Below are positions 24,929-34,562 of a DNA stretch of 64,000 bases, piece after piece; position 1 is the stretch's first letter, and each line of letters opens with the position of its first letter. A program made the position numbers and the translations under genes. This DNA is from Acidimicrobiia bacterium. GTDB taxonomy: Bacteria; Actinomycetota; Acidimicrobiia; Spongiisociales; Spongiisociaceae. The DNA lies in NCBI GenBank assembly GCA_009841075.1, contig VXMP01000061.1, positions 14,366 to 78,365 on the forward strand, given 5' to 3'. The notes under the pieces were generated by a model. The model was not told the DNA's origin, ran no database searches, and saw nothing but the letters and a program-made list of their open reading frames with translations.

Positions 24929-26286
24929 AGACGATCAACGATCAGGTCGGGCAGGGTGGCTATATCACCCGCCCCCAAGGTAAGTACCAGATCATCGGGT
25001 TGGACCGAGCGGCCGACCAGATCCGCCGCCTGGGTCAGGTCCTCCGCATAGTGGGCTTGACCGCACCGGCGACTACGAACCGCCTCTGCCACCATCTCTC
25101 CGGTAACACCTGGTAGAGGCTCTTCCCGAGCTCCGTAAATACCGGTGACCACCACCACGTCCGCCTCGGCAAGCGCCTCACCGAATTCGTCCGACAGGGC
25201 GGCGGTTCTGGAATACAGATGGGGTTGGAAAACCACCCAGAGCCGGTTTCGTCTCCGGCTATTTACCGCTTCTATGTCTGCGGATATTTCGGCCGGATGA
25301 TGGGCATAGCTGTCGATAATGGTCACCCCGCCTGCCCGTGCCCGGTGTTCCAATCTTCTTCGCACCCCTTGGAAGGTTTTGAGGCTTTCGGCAGCCGGGC
25401 GGATATCGAAGCCGGAGGCGGACAGCAGAGCCAAAACCCCGGCGGCGTTGCGGGCGGTGTGCAAGCCCGGTCGGCCCACCGTCACGGAGGCAGGCGGAAA
25501 TCGGCCCCCCAAACGAAAGGAAACCGAATCGGGGCCGGACTCCACCTCCGATATTCTCCATTCCGCATCCGGTGCGGTACCGTAACCCGGTCGTCCGGTT
25601 CGCTCGGCCAGGCGGCGGCCTCCCGGGTCGTCTACACCTACCAACACCGGACCGGAAACCTTCTCCACCACTTCCTGAAAGGCGTCCTCTAGGTGAGCCC
25701 GGGTCCCGTAGTGGTCCAGATGGTCGGCGTCCACATTGGTCACCAACAGACCGTTCAGAACCAGGTGGCCAAAGGTGCCGAAGGCCTCGTCCGCTTCCAG
25801 CAGTAGCAGACGATCGGTTCCGAGGTGGGCGGTGGAGTCCGAGCCCATGATTTCCCCTCCGACCAGATAGGAGGCATCCCATCCCAGGGCCCGGGTGGCG
25901 GTTACGGCCAGCGCCGTGGAGGTGGTTTTGCCGTGCGTGCCGGTGAAACCCAGCGTGGGGATATGGGCGGTGATTTCCTGGAGAAGGCGAGGCCGTTCCC
26001 ATTCGGTGATCCCGGCGGCCCGGGCGGCCGACCGCTCCGGATCTTCGCCTGGTACCGCCGAGGAAACCACCACCAGATCACAGCCGGCCATCCGGTCGGG
26101 CTGAGAGCCCACCCAGGTTTCAATTCCCGGTTCTTTCAGCTTATTAAGGGCGACGCTGTCAACCAGGTCCGACCCGGACACGGTATGGCCCATCGCCGAC
26201 AACAGCCGGGCGAGAGGGCCGATGCCGGCACCACCCGCCCCGATCAGGTGTACCCGGAGGGGACCATCAAGAAGCGGCATCGGCAC
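24916..26286 (-). CDS. murC: UDP-N-acetylmuramate--L-alanine ligase
   Basis: GAGGAGIGPLA N-terminus, GTHGKTTST P-loop, Mur ligase C-domain. Confidence 0.93.
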   Translation of the reverse strand: MPMPLLDGPLRVHLIGAGGAGIGPLARLLSAMGHTVSGSDLVDSVALNKLKEPGIETWVGSQPDRMAGCDLVVVSSAVPGEDPERSAARAAGITEWERPRLLQEITAHIPTLGFTGTHGKTTSTALAVTATRALGWDASYLVGGEIMGSDSTAHLGTDRLLLLEADEAFGTFGHLVLNGLLVTNVDADHLDHYGTRAHLEDAFQEVVEKVSGPVLVGVDDPGGRRLAERTGRPGYGTAPDAEWRISEVESGPDSVSFRLGGRFPPASVTVGRPGLHTARNAAGVLALLSASGFDIRPAAESLKTFQGVRRRLEHRARAGGVTIIDSYAHHPAEISADIEAVNSRRRNRLWVVFQPHLYSRTAALSDEFGEALAEADVVVVTGIYGAREEPLPGVTGEMVAEAVRSRRCGQAHYAEDLTQAADLVGRSVQPDDLVLTLGAGDIATLPDLIVDRLGGC

Positions 26287-27349
26287 CGTCCATCAACATG
26301 TCGGCAATGGTGGAGGCGGCCCCGGGCTGCACGGCCTTGATCGCAGCCTGTCCCATTCGGGTGCGACGCGGCGAGTCGGCCAGCAGGGTCTCCAGGATTC
26401 GTCCCAGCGAGCCCAGGTCGGATTCCTCGACCAGCAAGGCCGCCTCGGCCCCTACCACGGCCCGGGCGTTACTCAGTTGGTGTTTACCGGCAAAGGAACC
26501 CGGGATCAGAATGCTGGGGGTACCCGTTACGGCCGCTTCCATCAGACCCGCCCCGGCGCGGGTGATAACCAGGTCGGATACCCCGTAGAAAAGGTCCATC
26601 CTATGCTCGAAGCCCAGCACTCGCCTGGTCACCGCCGGCGAGTCCTCTTCGGTGGTGACCGAATCCCGTTTCCGGTCGCCTGCCAGATGAACCATCTGGA
26701 GGGGCGGACCGCTCCAGGATGCCGCCAGGGCTGTTACCGCCTCGTTGATTACCTTCGCGCCCAAACTCCCTCCCATCACCCCCACCGTGGTCGGCTGCTC
26801 GGACAATCGGTATCTTTCCAGCCCTTCTGTCCGGACCCGGCTCTTGTCCAGGTTGGTCAGCATCGACCGCAACGGATAACCCACCACCTCACCCGCCATC
26901 CCTTTGGTGCGGGGGAACGACAGCAACGAACGATCTGCCCACCGTTTGGCGAAGCGGTTGGCCAGACCGGCTTCCACGTTCTGTTCGTGCAGATAAAGGG
27001 AAATCCCGAGCCGCCGGGCGGCCAAGGCTACCGGCACGGTTACGTAACTTCCCATGCACAACACCGCTTTGACCTGCCGATCCAACAGGGCCCGACCGGC
27101 CGCTCCGGCGGCCCTCCAAACCACGCCGGGGATTCTCAGATTACGGGCAGAAAGGCTTCTCACCAGGCCTTGCAGTTCGATCTGCAGCAGGGGATAACCT
27201 TCGCCGGGAATCAGATCCGCCTCCATCCGATTGCCCCCGATGAACAGGATCCGGTCTTTTCCAACCCCCTTTGCCACCAGTTGTTCCGCCACCGCCAGCC
27301 CGGGAATGATGTGCCCACCGGTACCGGCAGCGGCTATGGCAAAGCTCAC
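26267..27349 (-). CDS. murG: Undecaprenyldiphospho-muramoylpentapeptide beta-N-acetylglucosaminyltransferase
   Basis: AAAGTGGHIIPGLAVAE N-terminus, GT28 fold, dcw position. Confidence 0.93.
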   Translation of the reverse strand: MSFAIAAAGTGGHIIPGLAVAEQLVAKGVGKDRILFIGGNRMEADLIPGEGYPLLQIELQGLVRSLSARNLRIPGVVWRAAGAAGRALLDRQVKAVLCMGSYVTVPVALAARRLGISLYLHEQNVEAGLANRFAKRWADRSLLSFPRTKGMAGEVVGYPLRSMLTNLDKSRVRTEGLERYRLSEQPTTVGVMGGSLGAKVINEAVTALAASWSGPPLQMVHLAGDRKRDSVTTEEDSPAVTRRVLGFEHRMDLFYGVSDLVITRAGAGLMEAAVTGTPSILIPGSFAGKHQLSNARAVVGAEAALLVEESDLGSLGRILETLLADSPRRTRMGQAAIKAVQPGAASTIADMLMDGADAAS

Positions 27350-28533
27350 CTTGGGGACCGTTGGGTGGCAGAAGCCCGGATCCGTGGGGCGTGGTTGGCG
27401 AGGTTGATCAGGATTCCGATCCCGGCCATGGCCGAAACCATGGCACTCCCTCCCACCGATACCAAAGGCAGGGCCAGGCCGGTGACCGGAATAGCCCCTA
27501 CCGCCCCGCCCACATTGACCAGCGACTGCACCCCCAGCCAGGCGGTAATGCCGGACGCCAACAGGCGGGCAAACCGATCGTTGGTCCGGTAGGCAATCCA
27601 GACCCCCACCAAAGAAAGGGCCCCCAGTATTAACAACAAGGTGGCCGCCCCGAGAAATCCGGTTTCCTCACCGATGATGGTGAAAATGAAGTCGGTATGA
27701 GGGTTGGGCAGGTAAGACCACCGGGCCCGGGAAGCGCCCAGACCCACCCCGAACCAGTTGCCGCTTCCGAGGGCTATCAGGCTTTGGATCAGCTGAAAAC
27801 AGGCCCCGCTCGGATCAAACCCGGGATCCAGATAACACATAAACCGTTGTCTTCGGTATTCCAACGAATAGGTGGCATAGGCGGCAACGGCCAGCCCGAG
27901 CGTACCGATAGCGGCCAAAAACCGGAAGGGCACCCCGGCCGCGATCATGATTACCCCTACTGCACCCGCCACGATCAGGGCGGTTCCCAGGTCGGGCTGT
28001 AACACGATCAGCAGGCAGGTGACACCCATGGCAATCACCACCGGCCCCAACCATTGCCGAGTCTCGGTAATACGATCGCTCCGGCGGGCCAGCACCGAGG
28101 ACACAAACAGGATCACGGCCAACTTGGAAAACTCCGATACCTGCAGGGTTTGGTTGCCGTATTCCAGCCAGCGGGTTGCCCCTCCCCTTTCCACCCCGAT
28201 GATCAAGGTTGCTATAAGACCCAGGAAGGAGCCACCCAGAGCCCAGGGTGCCAACCTGCGGTACAGGTGGTAAGGGACCCAGGCCAGGATGATCATGGCA
28301 AACCCCCCCAGTATCACCCACTGCAAATGGCGCTTGAAGATCACCAGCCGATCGGATTCCTCGATTATGCCGGTGGCCGAAGAAGCCGACATGGTAGCGC
28401 CGAGCCCGGTTATCAACAGCACCAGCACCAATACCGTTATAAAAACCACCACCTTGGAACGGGAGTGGTAGGTCTCCTCACGGCGGCGGATCCAATCCCG
28501 TATATCGACCACGGTAGAGGTTGAGGCGGTCAT
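27346..28533 (-). CDS. ftsW: FtsW/RodA (SEDS) family peptidoglycan polymerase
   Basis: 395-aa multi-TM protein with SEDS motifs (LQPDLGTAL, HTDFIF). Between murD and murG. Confidence 0.9.
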   Translation of the reverse strand: MTASTSTVVDIRDWIRRREETYHSRSKVVVFITVLVLVLLITGLGATMSASSATGIIEESDRLVIFKRHLQWVILGGFAMIILAWVPYHLYRRLAPWALGGSFLGLIATLIIGVERGGATRWLEYGNQTLQVSEFSKLAVILFVSSVLARRSDRITETRQWLGPVVIAMGVTCLLIVLQPDLGTALIVAGAVGVIMIAAGVPFRFLAAIGTLGLAVAAYATYSLEYRRQRFMCYLDPGFDPSGACFQLIQSLIALGSGNWFGVGLGASRARWSYLPNPHTDFIFTIIGEETGFLGAATLLLILGALSLVGVWIAYRTNDRFARLLASGITAWLGVQSLVNVGGAVGAIPVTGLALPLVSVGGSAMVSAMAGIGILINLANHAPRIRASATQRSPR

Positions 28534-29867
28534 TCGACACCCTTCGGGTCGGCCAGGATACCGACGGGTGAGGCCTCGGACGTCAGATAATCGTGGACGT
28601 GGCGGGCGAAGACGTTACCCCGGTGCTCGTAGCAGGTGAACATGTCGAACCCGGTGGTACCGGGCGACAGTAATACGGTGTCTCCGGAACGGGCCCGCCG
28701 CCCCGCCATCCAAACCGCCTCCTCCATAGAACCGGCCAGATCGGCGGGAAGATCGGAAGCCAGCTTCACCAGGTCGGGGCCGGATTCGCCGATCGCCACC
28801 AGGTGTCGCACGTTGGGTGCCCTTAACATGGGCGAAAGGTCCAATCCTTTTCTGACCCCTCCGGCGATCAGAACCACCGATCCAAAAGAGCGGATGGCCG
28901 CCATGGCGGCATGAGGGTTGGTGGCCTTCGAGTCGTCCACCCAGGTAATACCCTGGTTTGATCCCACCACGGTTCGACGATGAAAATGATGGCGGAAATT
29001 GACCACGGTCTTGGCTATGGCGTCCGGATCCGCACCCAGCTCCAAAGCTGCCACCGCCGCCGCCGTCAAGTTCATCCGGAAGGAAGGGTCAATATCAGGC
29101 GGATCGGGAATAGAGATCGTTCCCCCCGGATGAACCAGGCCCTCTGCACCAAACCCATAGGGGCCGTCGGGGTGGGGCACCAAGCCGGTAACCGGCGCAT
29201 GACGGCCTGGAGCAGTCCGGGCATGGGCGGCCGCACCCGGGTCGTCTAGGTCGTAGACCAGCAGGTCCCGGTCGGTTAGATGACGGGAAATCCGACCCTT
29301 GGCGATCGCATACGCCTCCATGGTCCCGTGCCAGTCCAGGTGGTCTTCGGCCAGGTTAAGAAACACCGCCACCCGGGGGGCCAGGGAGTAGGTGTAATAA
29401 AGCTGAAAGCTGGAGATTTCCAGCACCGCCACCTGGCCCGGTTCCGGCACCAGGTCGCTGATCGGGAACCCGACATTGCCCGTGGCCCGGGCGTTTATCC
29501 CCGATTCTCGAAGCATGGAGGTAGTCTGGCGGCAAACGGTGCTTTTTCCGTTGGTCCCGGTTACGGCGATTATCGGAACGTCCAGATGGCGAACGGCCAG
29601 CTCGACTTCGCTCCAAATCGTGATTCCGGCCGAGCCGATGTCCGACAAAGGTGGCAAATGGGGCTTGAAACCCGGGCTGACCACCACCAGCGAAACATCG
29701 GCCAAGATGGACGGATCCCAGTCTCCGCCAACCGTTTCCACCCCATCGCCGATCCCGTCCAGCGAGCCCTCATGTTGGTCATAGACCAGGTGATCCATCC
29801 GCATACGGGACAGCAGCCGCGAGGCGGCCTGGCCGGTCATGCCTGCTCCCAAAACCAGGGTCCGCAT
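28530..29867 (-). CDS. murD: UDP-N-acetylmuramoylalanine--D-glutamate ligase
   Basis: GAGMTGQA N-terminus and GTNGKST P-loop. dcw position. Confidence 0.93.
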   Translation of the reverse strand: MRTLVLGAGMTGQAASRLLSRMRMDHLVYDQHEGSLDGIGDGVETVGGDWDPSILADVSLVVVSPGFKPHLPPLSDIGSAGITIWSEVELAVRHLDVPIIAVTGTNGKSTVCRQTTSMLRESGINARATGNVGFPISDLVPEPGQVAVLEISSFQLYYTYSLAPRVAVFLNLAEDHLDWHGTMEAYAIAKGRISRHLTDRDLLVYDLDDPGAAAHARTAPGRHAPVTGLVPHPDGPYGFGAEGLVHPGGTISIPDPPDIDPSFRMNLTAAAVAALELGADPDAIAKTVVNFRHHFHRRTVVGSNQGITWVDDSKATNPHAAMAAIRSFGSVVLIAGGVRKGLDLSPMLRAPNVRHLVAIGESGPDLVKLASDLPADLAGSMEEAVWMAGRRARSGDTVLLSPGTTGFDMFTCYEHRGNVFARHVHDYLTSEASPVGILADPKGVE

Positions 29868-29870
29868 CAG

Positions 29871-30935
29871 CTAACCACCGATTCCGATCCGGCTTGCGGC
29901 CAGGAAATCACCGTAGAAAATGCCCATTCCGAGCCCCACCCCGATGGCGGCGATAATCCAAAATCGGGTGATGATGGTGGTCTCCGGCCACTCCTTCATC
30001 TCGAAATGGTGATGGATGGGCGCCATCCGAAACACCCTTCTCCCCCCGAACCATCTAAACCCCACCACCTGTATGATCACCGACAGCGCCTCTATGACGA
30101 ACAACCCCCCGATGATCACCAGGAGCAGGTGGGTGTTGGTAAGCAGCGCCAGAGCCGTTATCCCGCCCCCCAGGGCTTGCGACCCGACATCGCCCATGAT
30201 GATCCGGGCCGGACAGGCGTTCCACCAGAGAAAACCGAGGCAGGCCCCTAAGATCGCCGCGGCAACGATGGCGAGACTGAGGCTTCCCTCCACCGCATAT
30301 ATCTCGGGATGCCGGAAAATCCAGTAGGCGATGATTATGTAGGCACCGGCGACCAGCGCCACCGACCCGGAGGCCAGGCCGTCCAGCCCGTCGGTGAAGT
30401 TGACCGCATTGGAAAAGCCGGTGAGCATCAGAAGCACCAGCACGGCGAACAGAACGGAGCCCAAATCCAGGCCGAGCGGACGGGCGAAGGCCAGCTCGGT
30501 TGAGCTGCCGTTAGCCACCATTCCCCAGGTGAATAAGCCGGCGACCGCCAGCTGACCTATCAGCTTGGTGGAAATGCCCAGGCCCTTATTGCGGAATCTG
30601 GAAATCTTCTGGTAGTCGTCCAGGAACCCCACCAAACCCATGCCGACGATCGCCCCCATAGCCAACAACCCGGAGGGTTCCCAGCCGCTCCAGGCCACCT
30701 CCACCCCGCCTTCCTCCACCGAGACCCGGAATTGGGAAACCACATAGCCGCCGGCTATCGCCAAGATCATCACGATCCCACCCATGGTGGGGGTACCGGT
30801 TTTGTGCATATGGGAGGGAAGCTCCTGCTGGATGAACTGACCTATGTTCCAGGCTCGGAACAGGCGGATGGCGTAGGCGGTGCCGATGATGGACACGGCG
30901 AAGGCAACCGTGGCCGAAATAAGCAGGGCGATCAT
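29871..30935 (-). CDS. mraY: Phospho-N-acetylmuramoyl-pentapeptide transferase
   Basis: KTGTPTMGG, NAVNFTDGLDGLA, MGDVGSQALGG motifs. Confidence 0.95.
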   Translation of the reverse strand: MIALLISATVAFAVSIIGTAYAIRLFRAWNIGQFIQQELPSHMHKTGTPTMGGIVMILAIAGGYVVSQFRVSVEEGGVEVAWSGWEPSGLLAMGAIVGMGLVGFLDDYQKISRFRNKGLGISTKLIGQLAVAGLFTWGMVANGSSTELAFARPLGLDLGSVLFAVLVLLMLTGFSNAVNFTDGLDGLASGSVALVAGAYIIIAYWIFRHPEIYAVEGSLSLAIVAAAILGACLGFLWWNACPARIIMGDVGSQALGGGITALALLTNTHLLLVIIGGLFVIEALSVIIQVVGFRWFGGRRVFRMAPIHHHFEMKEWPETTIITRFWIIAAIGVGLGMGIFYGDFLAASRIGIGG

Positions 30936-32425
30936 CCCCGACCCCCTTCGGTTGATATCCGGGCCGACCTTCTCCGCCGCAGTTGGTCGGCTGCTATCGC
31001 CCGGTCATCAAAAGAGACCACCCTGTTCCCGAAATCCTGATAGGTCTCGTGTCCCTTGCCGAGGATCAACACCGTATCTCCCGACTCGGCCTGGTCTATG
31101 GCCAACCGGATCGCCTTCTCCCGATCTACCTCGGCCAGCACCTGGGCCGAGCCACCACCGGTTCCTTTCAACACCTGCTTTACCAGGGTGTCCGGATCTT
31201 CCCGACGGGGATTATCCGAGGTGATGACGGCCAGATCGGCTTCGGCCGCCGCCGCCCCCAGGAGAGGCCGTTTGGTGGGGTCGCGTTCGCCGGCCGCTCC
31301 CACCACCACGATCACCCGGCCCAAGGCATGGCTTTTGGCGGTCGAGATAACCGACTCCACCGCCTCGGGACTGTGTGCATAATCCACCAACACTCCAAAG
31401 GTTTGGCCCAGATCAACCGGATCCAACCGACCCCGAACCCGTTTCACCGAGGCCAGTCCCTGGATGATGTCTTCGGTGCCGATCCCCACCTCCACCGCAC
31501 AGGCGGCCGCCAGGGCGGCATTGTGTATGTTGTGCAAGCCACCGGGCTTTATCTCCAAAGACAGGCTTCGGCCGGCTATCTCGCACCGAAATCGGGCCGC
31601 AAACAAGTTCGCCTCGGGCCGAAAGATAGCCACATCATGGCCGGATCCTCTACCTACCGTCACCACCTGATCGGATAGCGAATCGGCCAGCCGGCGACCG
31701 GCCGAGGAGGTCACATCCACCACATAGGCGGAGGAATGCCCGTTGAATAGGCGGGCCTTGGCGCCGTAGTAGTTCTCCATGGTGCCGTGGAAATCAAGAT
31801 GATCCTGAGAGAGGTTGGTGAAGGCGGCAACCTGGAAGGAAGTTCCCTCCACCCTATGGAGGGCCAGGGAGTGGGAGGAAACCTCCATGGCCACCATCGA
31901 CACCCCTCCGTCCACCATCTTTTTCAGCGTCCGCTGCAGATCCGATCCTTCGGGGGTGGTGAGGGCTTGGGGCTGGGTTTTTCCATTTATATTGACCCCC
32001 AGGGTGCCTACCCGGCCGAACGGACGACCCGCAGCCTCGGCAATCGCCTCGAGCATCACCGTAACCGTGGTCTTGCCGTTGGTGCCGGTTACCCCGATGA
32101 TCTCCAGATCATGGGAAGGATCGCCGTGGACCCAGGAGGCGACCACCCCCAGCACCCGGCGGGTATCGGCCACCTTCAGCTGCGGAATCGAGGCCGATAA
32201 AACGTACTCCTCTACCAGGGCCGCGCCGGCACCCCGATCAACCGCCTGGTCCATAAAGCGGTGCCCGTCGCGGTTATGACCCGGAACAGCCACGAACAGC
32301 GACCCCGGCCCGACCGAACGGCTGTCATGGGTCACGTCGTGCAGGGCTACTGCACCATCGCCGCTTAGCTCGCCGTCCAGACGATGGGCTATTTCGGCCA
32401 GGGTTATCAGAAGGGGATTACGCAT
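30932..32425 (-). CDS. murE: UDP-N-acetylmuramoyl-L-alanyl-D-glutamate--2,6-diaminopimelate ligase
   Basis: GTNGKTT P-loop, TTPE, EVSSH and the DNPR (meso-DAP specificity) motif. Confidence 0.93.
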   Translation of the reverse strand: MRNPLLITLAEIAHRLDGELSGDGAVALHDVTHDSRSVGPGSLFVAVPGHNRDGHRFMDQAVDRGAGAALVEEYVLSASIPQLKVADTRRVLGVVASWVHGDPSHDLEIIGVTGTNGKTTVTVMLEAIAEAAGRPFGRVGTLGVNINGKTQPQALTTPEGSDLQRTLKKMVDGGVSMVAMEVSSHSLALHRVEGTSFQVAAFTNLSQDHLDFHGTMENYYGAKARLFNGHSSAYVVDVTSSAGRRLADSLSDQVVTVGRGSGHDVAIFRPEANLFAARFRCEIAGRSLSLEIKPGGLHNIHNAALAAACAVEVGIGTEDIIQGLASVKRVRGRLDPVDLGQTFGVLVDYAHSPEAVESVISTAKSHALGRVIVVVGAAGERDPTKRPLLGAAAAEADLAVITSDNPRREDPDTLVKQVLKGTGGGSAQVLAEVDREKAIRLAIDQAESGDTVLILGKGHETYQDFGNRVVSFDDRAIAADQLRRRRSARISTEGGRG

Positions 32426-34169
32426 CGGGGGCGACCCCCATCTGATGGAGGGAACCCTCCATCACCTTGGCGAACAACGGTGCCGCTATTACCCCGCCGG
32501 TCCGGTCGTAAACCGACGAGCCCACCCGGGGGGAATCCACTACCACCGCCAGGATCAGCCGAGGGTTTTCTACCGGTGCCATACCCACAAAGCTTGCTAC
32601 ATAGTCTTGGGTATAAACCCCCTGATCCTCGTCGTATCTTCTGGCGGTACCGGTCTTACCGGCCACCGTATACCCCGGTACCGAGGCGTTGGTTCCGGTT
32701 CCGAAATCAACTACCGATTGGAGCATGAGGCGAACCGTCCGGGCGGTTTCCTCGGAAATGACCCTGGTGGCAGGATTAGGCTCGATTTCCTGCCAACCGT
32801 CGCCATCCGCCAGGCCGATCTTCAGACGGGCTTCCCGGCGGATTCCACCGTTGGCAATGACGCTGTAAAACGAGGCCATCTGGAGAGGGGTGACCGCCAG
32901 CGAATATCCGATAGTGGCAGAAGCCGGGCAGGTAACACATCCATGAGCCAGGTTGACCAATCCGCTTACCTCTCCGGGGAAATCCAATCCGGTGATCTGG
33001 CCGTACCCGAAGGCCTCCAGATAGCTCCTCAATCGGTCCTCGCCCAGGTCCGTACCGATCTTCACCATACAGACATTCGAGGATAGGCGAATACAGTCCC
33101 CCACCGTCATCACCATCGGTTCGTGCTCGCTGAAGTCCCGATAACAGCCGAAGTCCTGATCACCGTCGCCTTCGCAGCTGCCTTCGACTATCTCCAACTC
33201 GTCCCGCACCAGATATTGGGTATCCCATTCGACCACTCCGGTGTCAAGTGCGGCGGCAACCGTTACCGCCTTCTGAGTAGATCCCGGTTCGTATACCGAA
33301 CGAACCGCAGCGTTGGAAAGACGGCCCGATTCGATATCGTCTTGAGTCCGATTGGTGGGGTCGAAGGTGGGAACCACCACCAACGCCAGCACCTCAAAAG
33401 TGTCGGGATCCATGGCCACAACCGTGCACTGTCGGGCGTCGGCAACCACCAGCGTTTCGATACATTCCTGGTAGGCGAGGAACTGGATTTCCCGGTCGAT
33501 AGACAAGACCAGATCGGCCCCGGCTACCGCAGGCTCTATTTCGGTTCGGCCCTGGGGAATGAGCCGGCCTTGCGCCCCCCGCTCGGCCAGTACCCGGCCC
33601 GGGGTACCGGTCAGAAGCGGATCATAAAAGGCCTCGACCCCTTCTATTCCCTGCGAGTCGATGTTGACAAACCCGATTACATGGGCGGTAAACGGCCCAT
33701 ACGGATAGACCCGTTTGGGTTCGGTAAGAAAATGGACCCCGGGTAGAGAAAGCGCCCCGACCCGGGCGGCGATTTCCTCATCCACCTGGCGGGCCACGAA
33801 TTGGAAACTGGAATCGGAATAGAGCTTGTCGCGCAGCACCTGGATGTCGATGTCAAGCAGGGCGCTTAAAGTGGAGGCCGTACCCGCCTTATCCTCTACT
33901 TCGCCTGGATTCACATATATCGAGCTGGAGGGGGAGGTTATGGCCAGCTCCCGATACTCCCGATCGTAGATGGTTCCTCTGGTGGCGGCGGTCTCCTCCA
34001 CCCTGATCAGCTGGCGGTCGGCCGCTTCCCGGTAGTCGGCCGCATCTACCACCTGAACCTGATAGAGCTGATAGGCGACAAACACCCAGGAACCCACGAA
34101 CAAAAGGGCGATCGACAACAACCGTATGTCTGTTGAATGCCTAACGACTTTTTTCTTGCCGGTACCCAT
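32418..34169 (-). CDS. ftsI: Class B penicillin-binding protein (FtsI-like transpeptidase)
   Basis: N-terminal TM segment, STQK (SxxK), SSN and KTGT motifs. Confidence 0.9.
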   Translation of the reverse strand: MGTGKKKVVRHSTDIRLLSIALLFVGSWVFVAYQLYQVQVVDAADYREAADRQLIRVEETAATRGTIYDREYRELAITSPSSSIYVNPGEVEDKAGTASTLSALLDIDIQVLRDKLYSDSSFQFVARQVDEEIAARVGALSLPGVHFLTEPKRVYPYGPFTAHVIGFVNIDSQGIEGVEAFYDPLLTGTPGRVLAERGAQGRLIPQGRTEIEPAVAGADLVLSIDREIQFLAYQECIETLVVADARQCTVVAMDPDTFEVLALVVVPTFDPTNRTQDDIESGRLSNAAVRSVYEPGSTQKAVTVAAALDTGVVEWDTQYLVRDELEIVEGSCEGDGDQDFGCYRDFSEHEPMVMTVGDCIRLSSNVCMVKIGTDLGEDRLRSYLEAFGYGQITGLDFPGEVSGLVNLAHGCVTCPASATIGYSLAVTPLQMASFYSVIANGGIRREARLKIGLADGDGWQEIEPNPATRVISEETARTVRLMLQSVVDFGTGTNASVPGYTVAGKTGTARRYDEDQGVYTQDYVASFVGMAPVENPRLILAVVVDSPRVGSSVYDRTGGVIAAPLFAKVMEGSLHQMGVAPDA

Positions 34170-34172
34170 GGG

Positions 34173-34562
34173 CTAACCCGAATCGACCCGACCAGGATCC
34201 GCCGCCTCGGTATCCGGTGCAACCGGGGCCGAAACGGGTATTACGTCGGAGGGAAGCACCATCCCCAGCATTTCTTCGGCCAGCGGTAGCACCTCGCCCG
34301 GGGACTGCAAAGCCCGTTTTTGTTCTTCCAGGTAGGCCTGGCGGGCCAGCTCTTTGTCGATGGCGGTTTGTATAACGCTGATTTCGTAGGCCGCCTCGTC
34401 AACCGCGGTCCGCAGAAAGATGAACGACAAAAAGGCGACTACCGCCACCAGCGTGTAGATAATCCAGGGAATCGGCCGCCACCGGAACCGGCGGGTCCCG
34501 GACAACACCGTAAGTTCGGGGGCGGGAGCGGGAACCGGATGGGATTGGGGACGGGCGGTCAT
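34173..34562 (-). CDS. FtsL-like single-pass membrane cell-division protein
   Basis: 129 aa, one TM segment (IIYTLVAVVAFLSFIFL) followed by a coiled-coil-like segment. Conserved slot between rsmH and ftsI. Confidence 0.5.
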   Translation of the reverse strand: MTARPQSHPVPAPAPELTVLSGTRRFRWRPIPWIIYTLVAVVAFLSFIFLRTAVDEAAYEISVIQTAIDKELARQAYLEEQKRALQSPGEVLPLAEEMLGMVLPSDVIPVSAPVAPDTEAADPGRVDSG

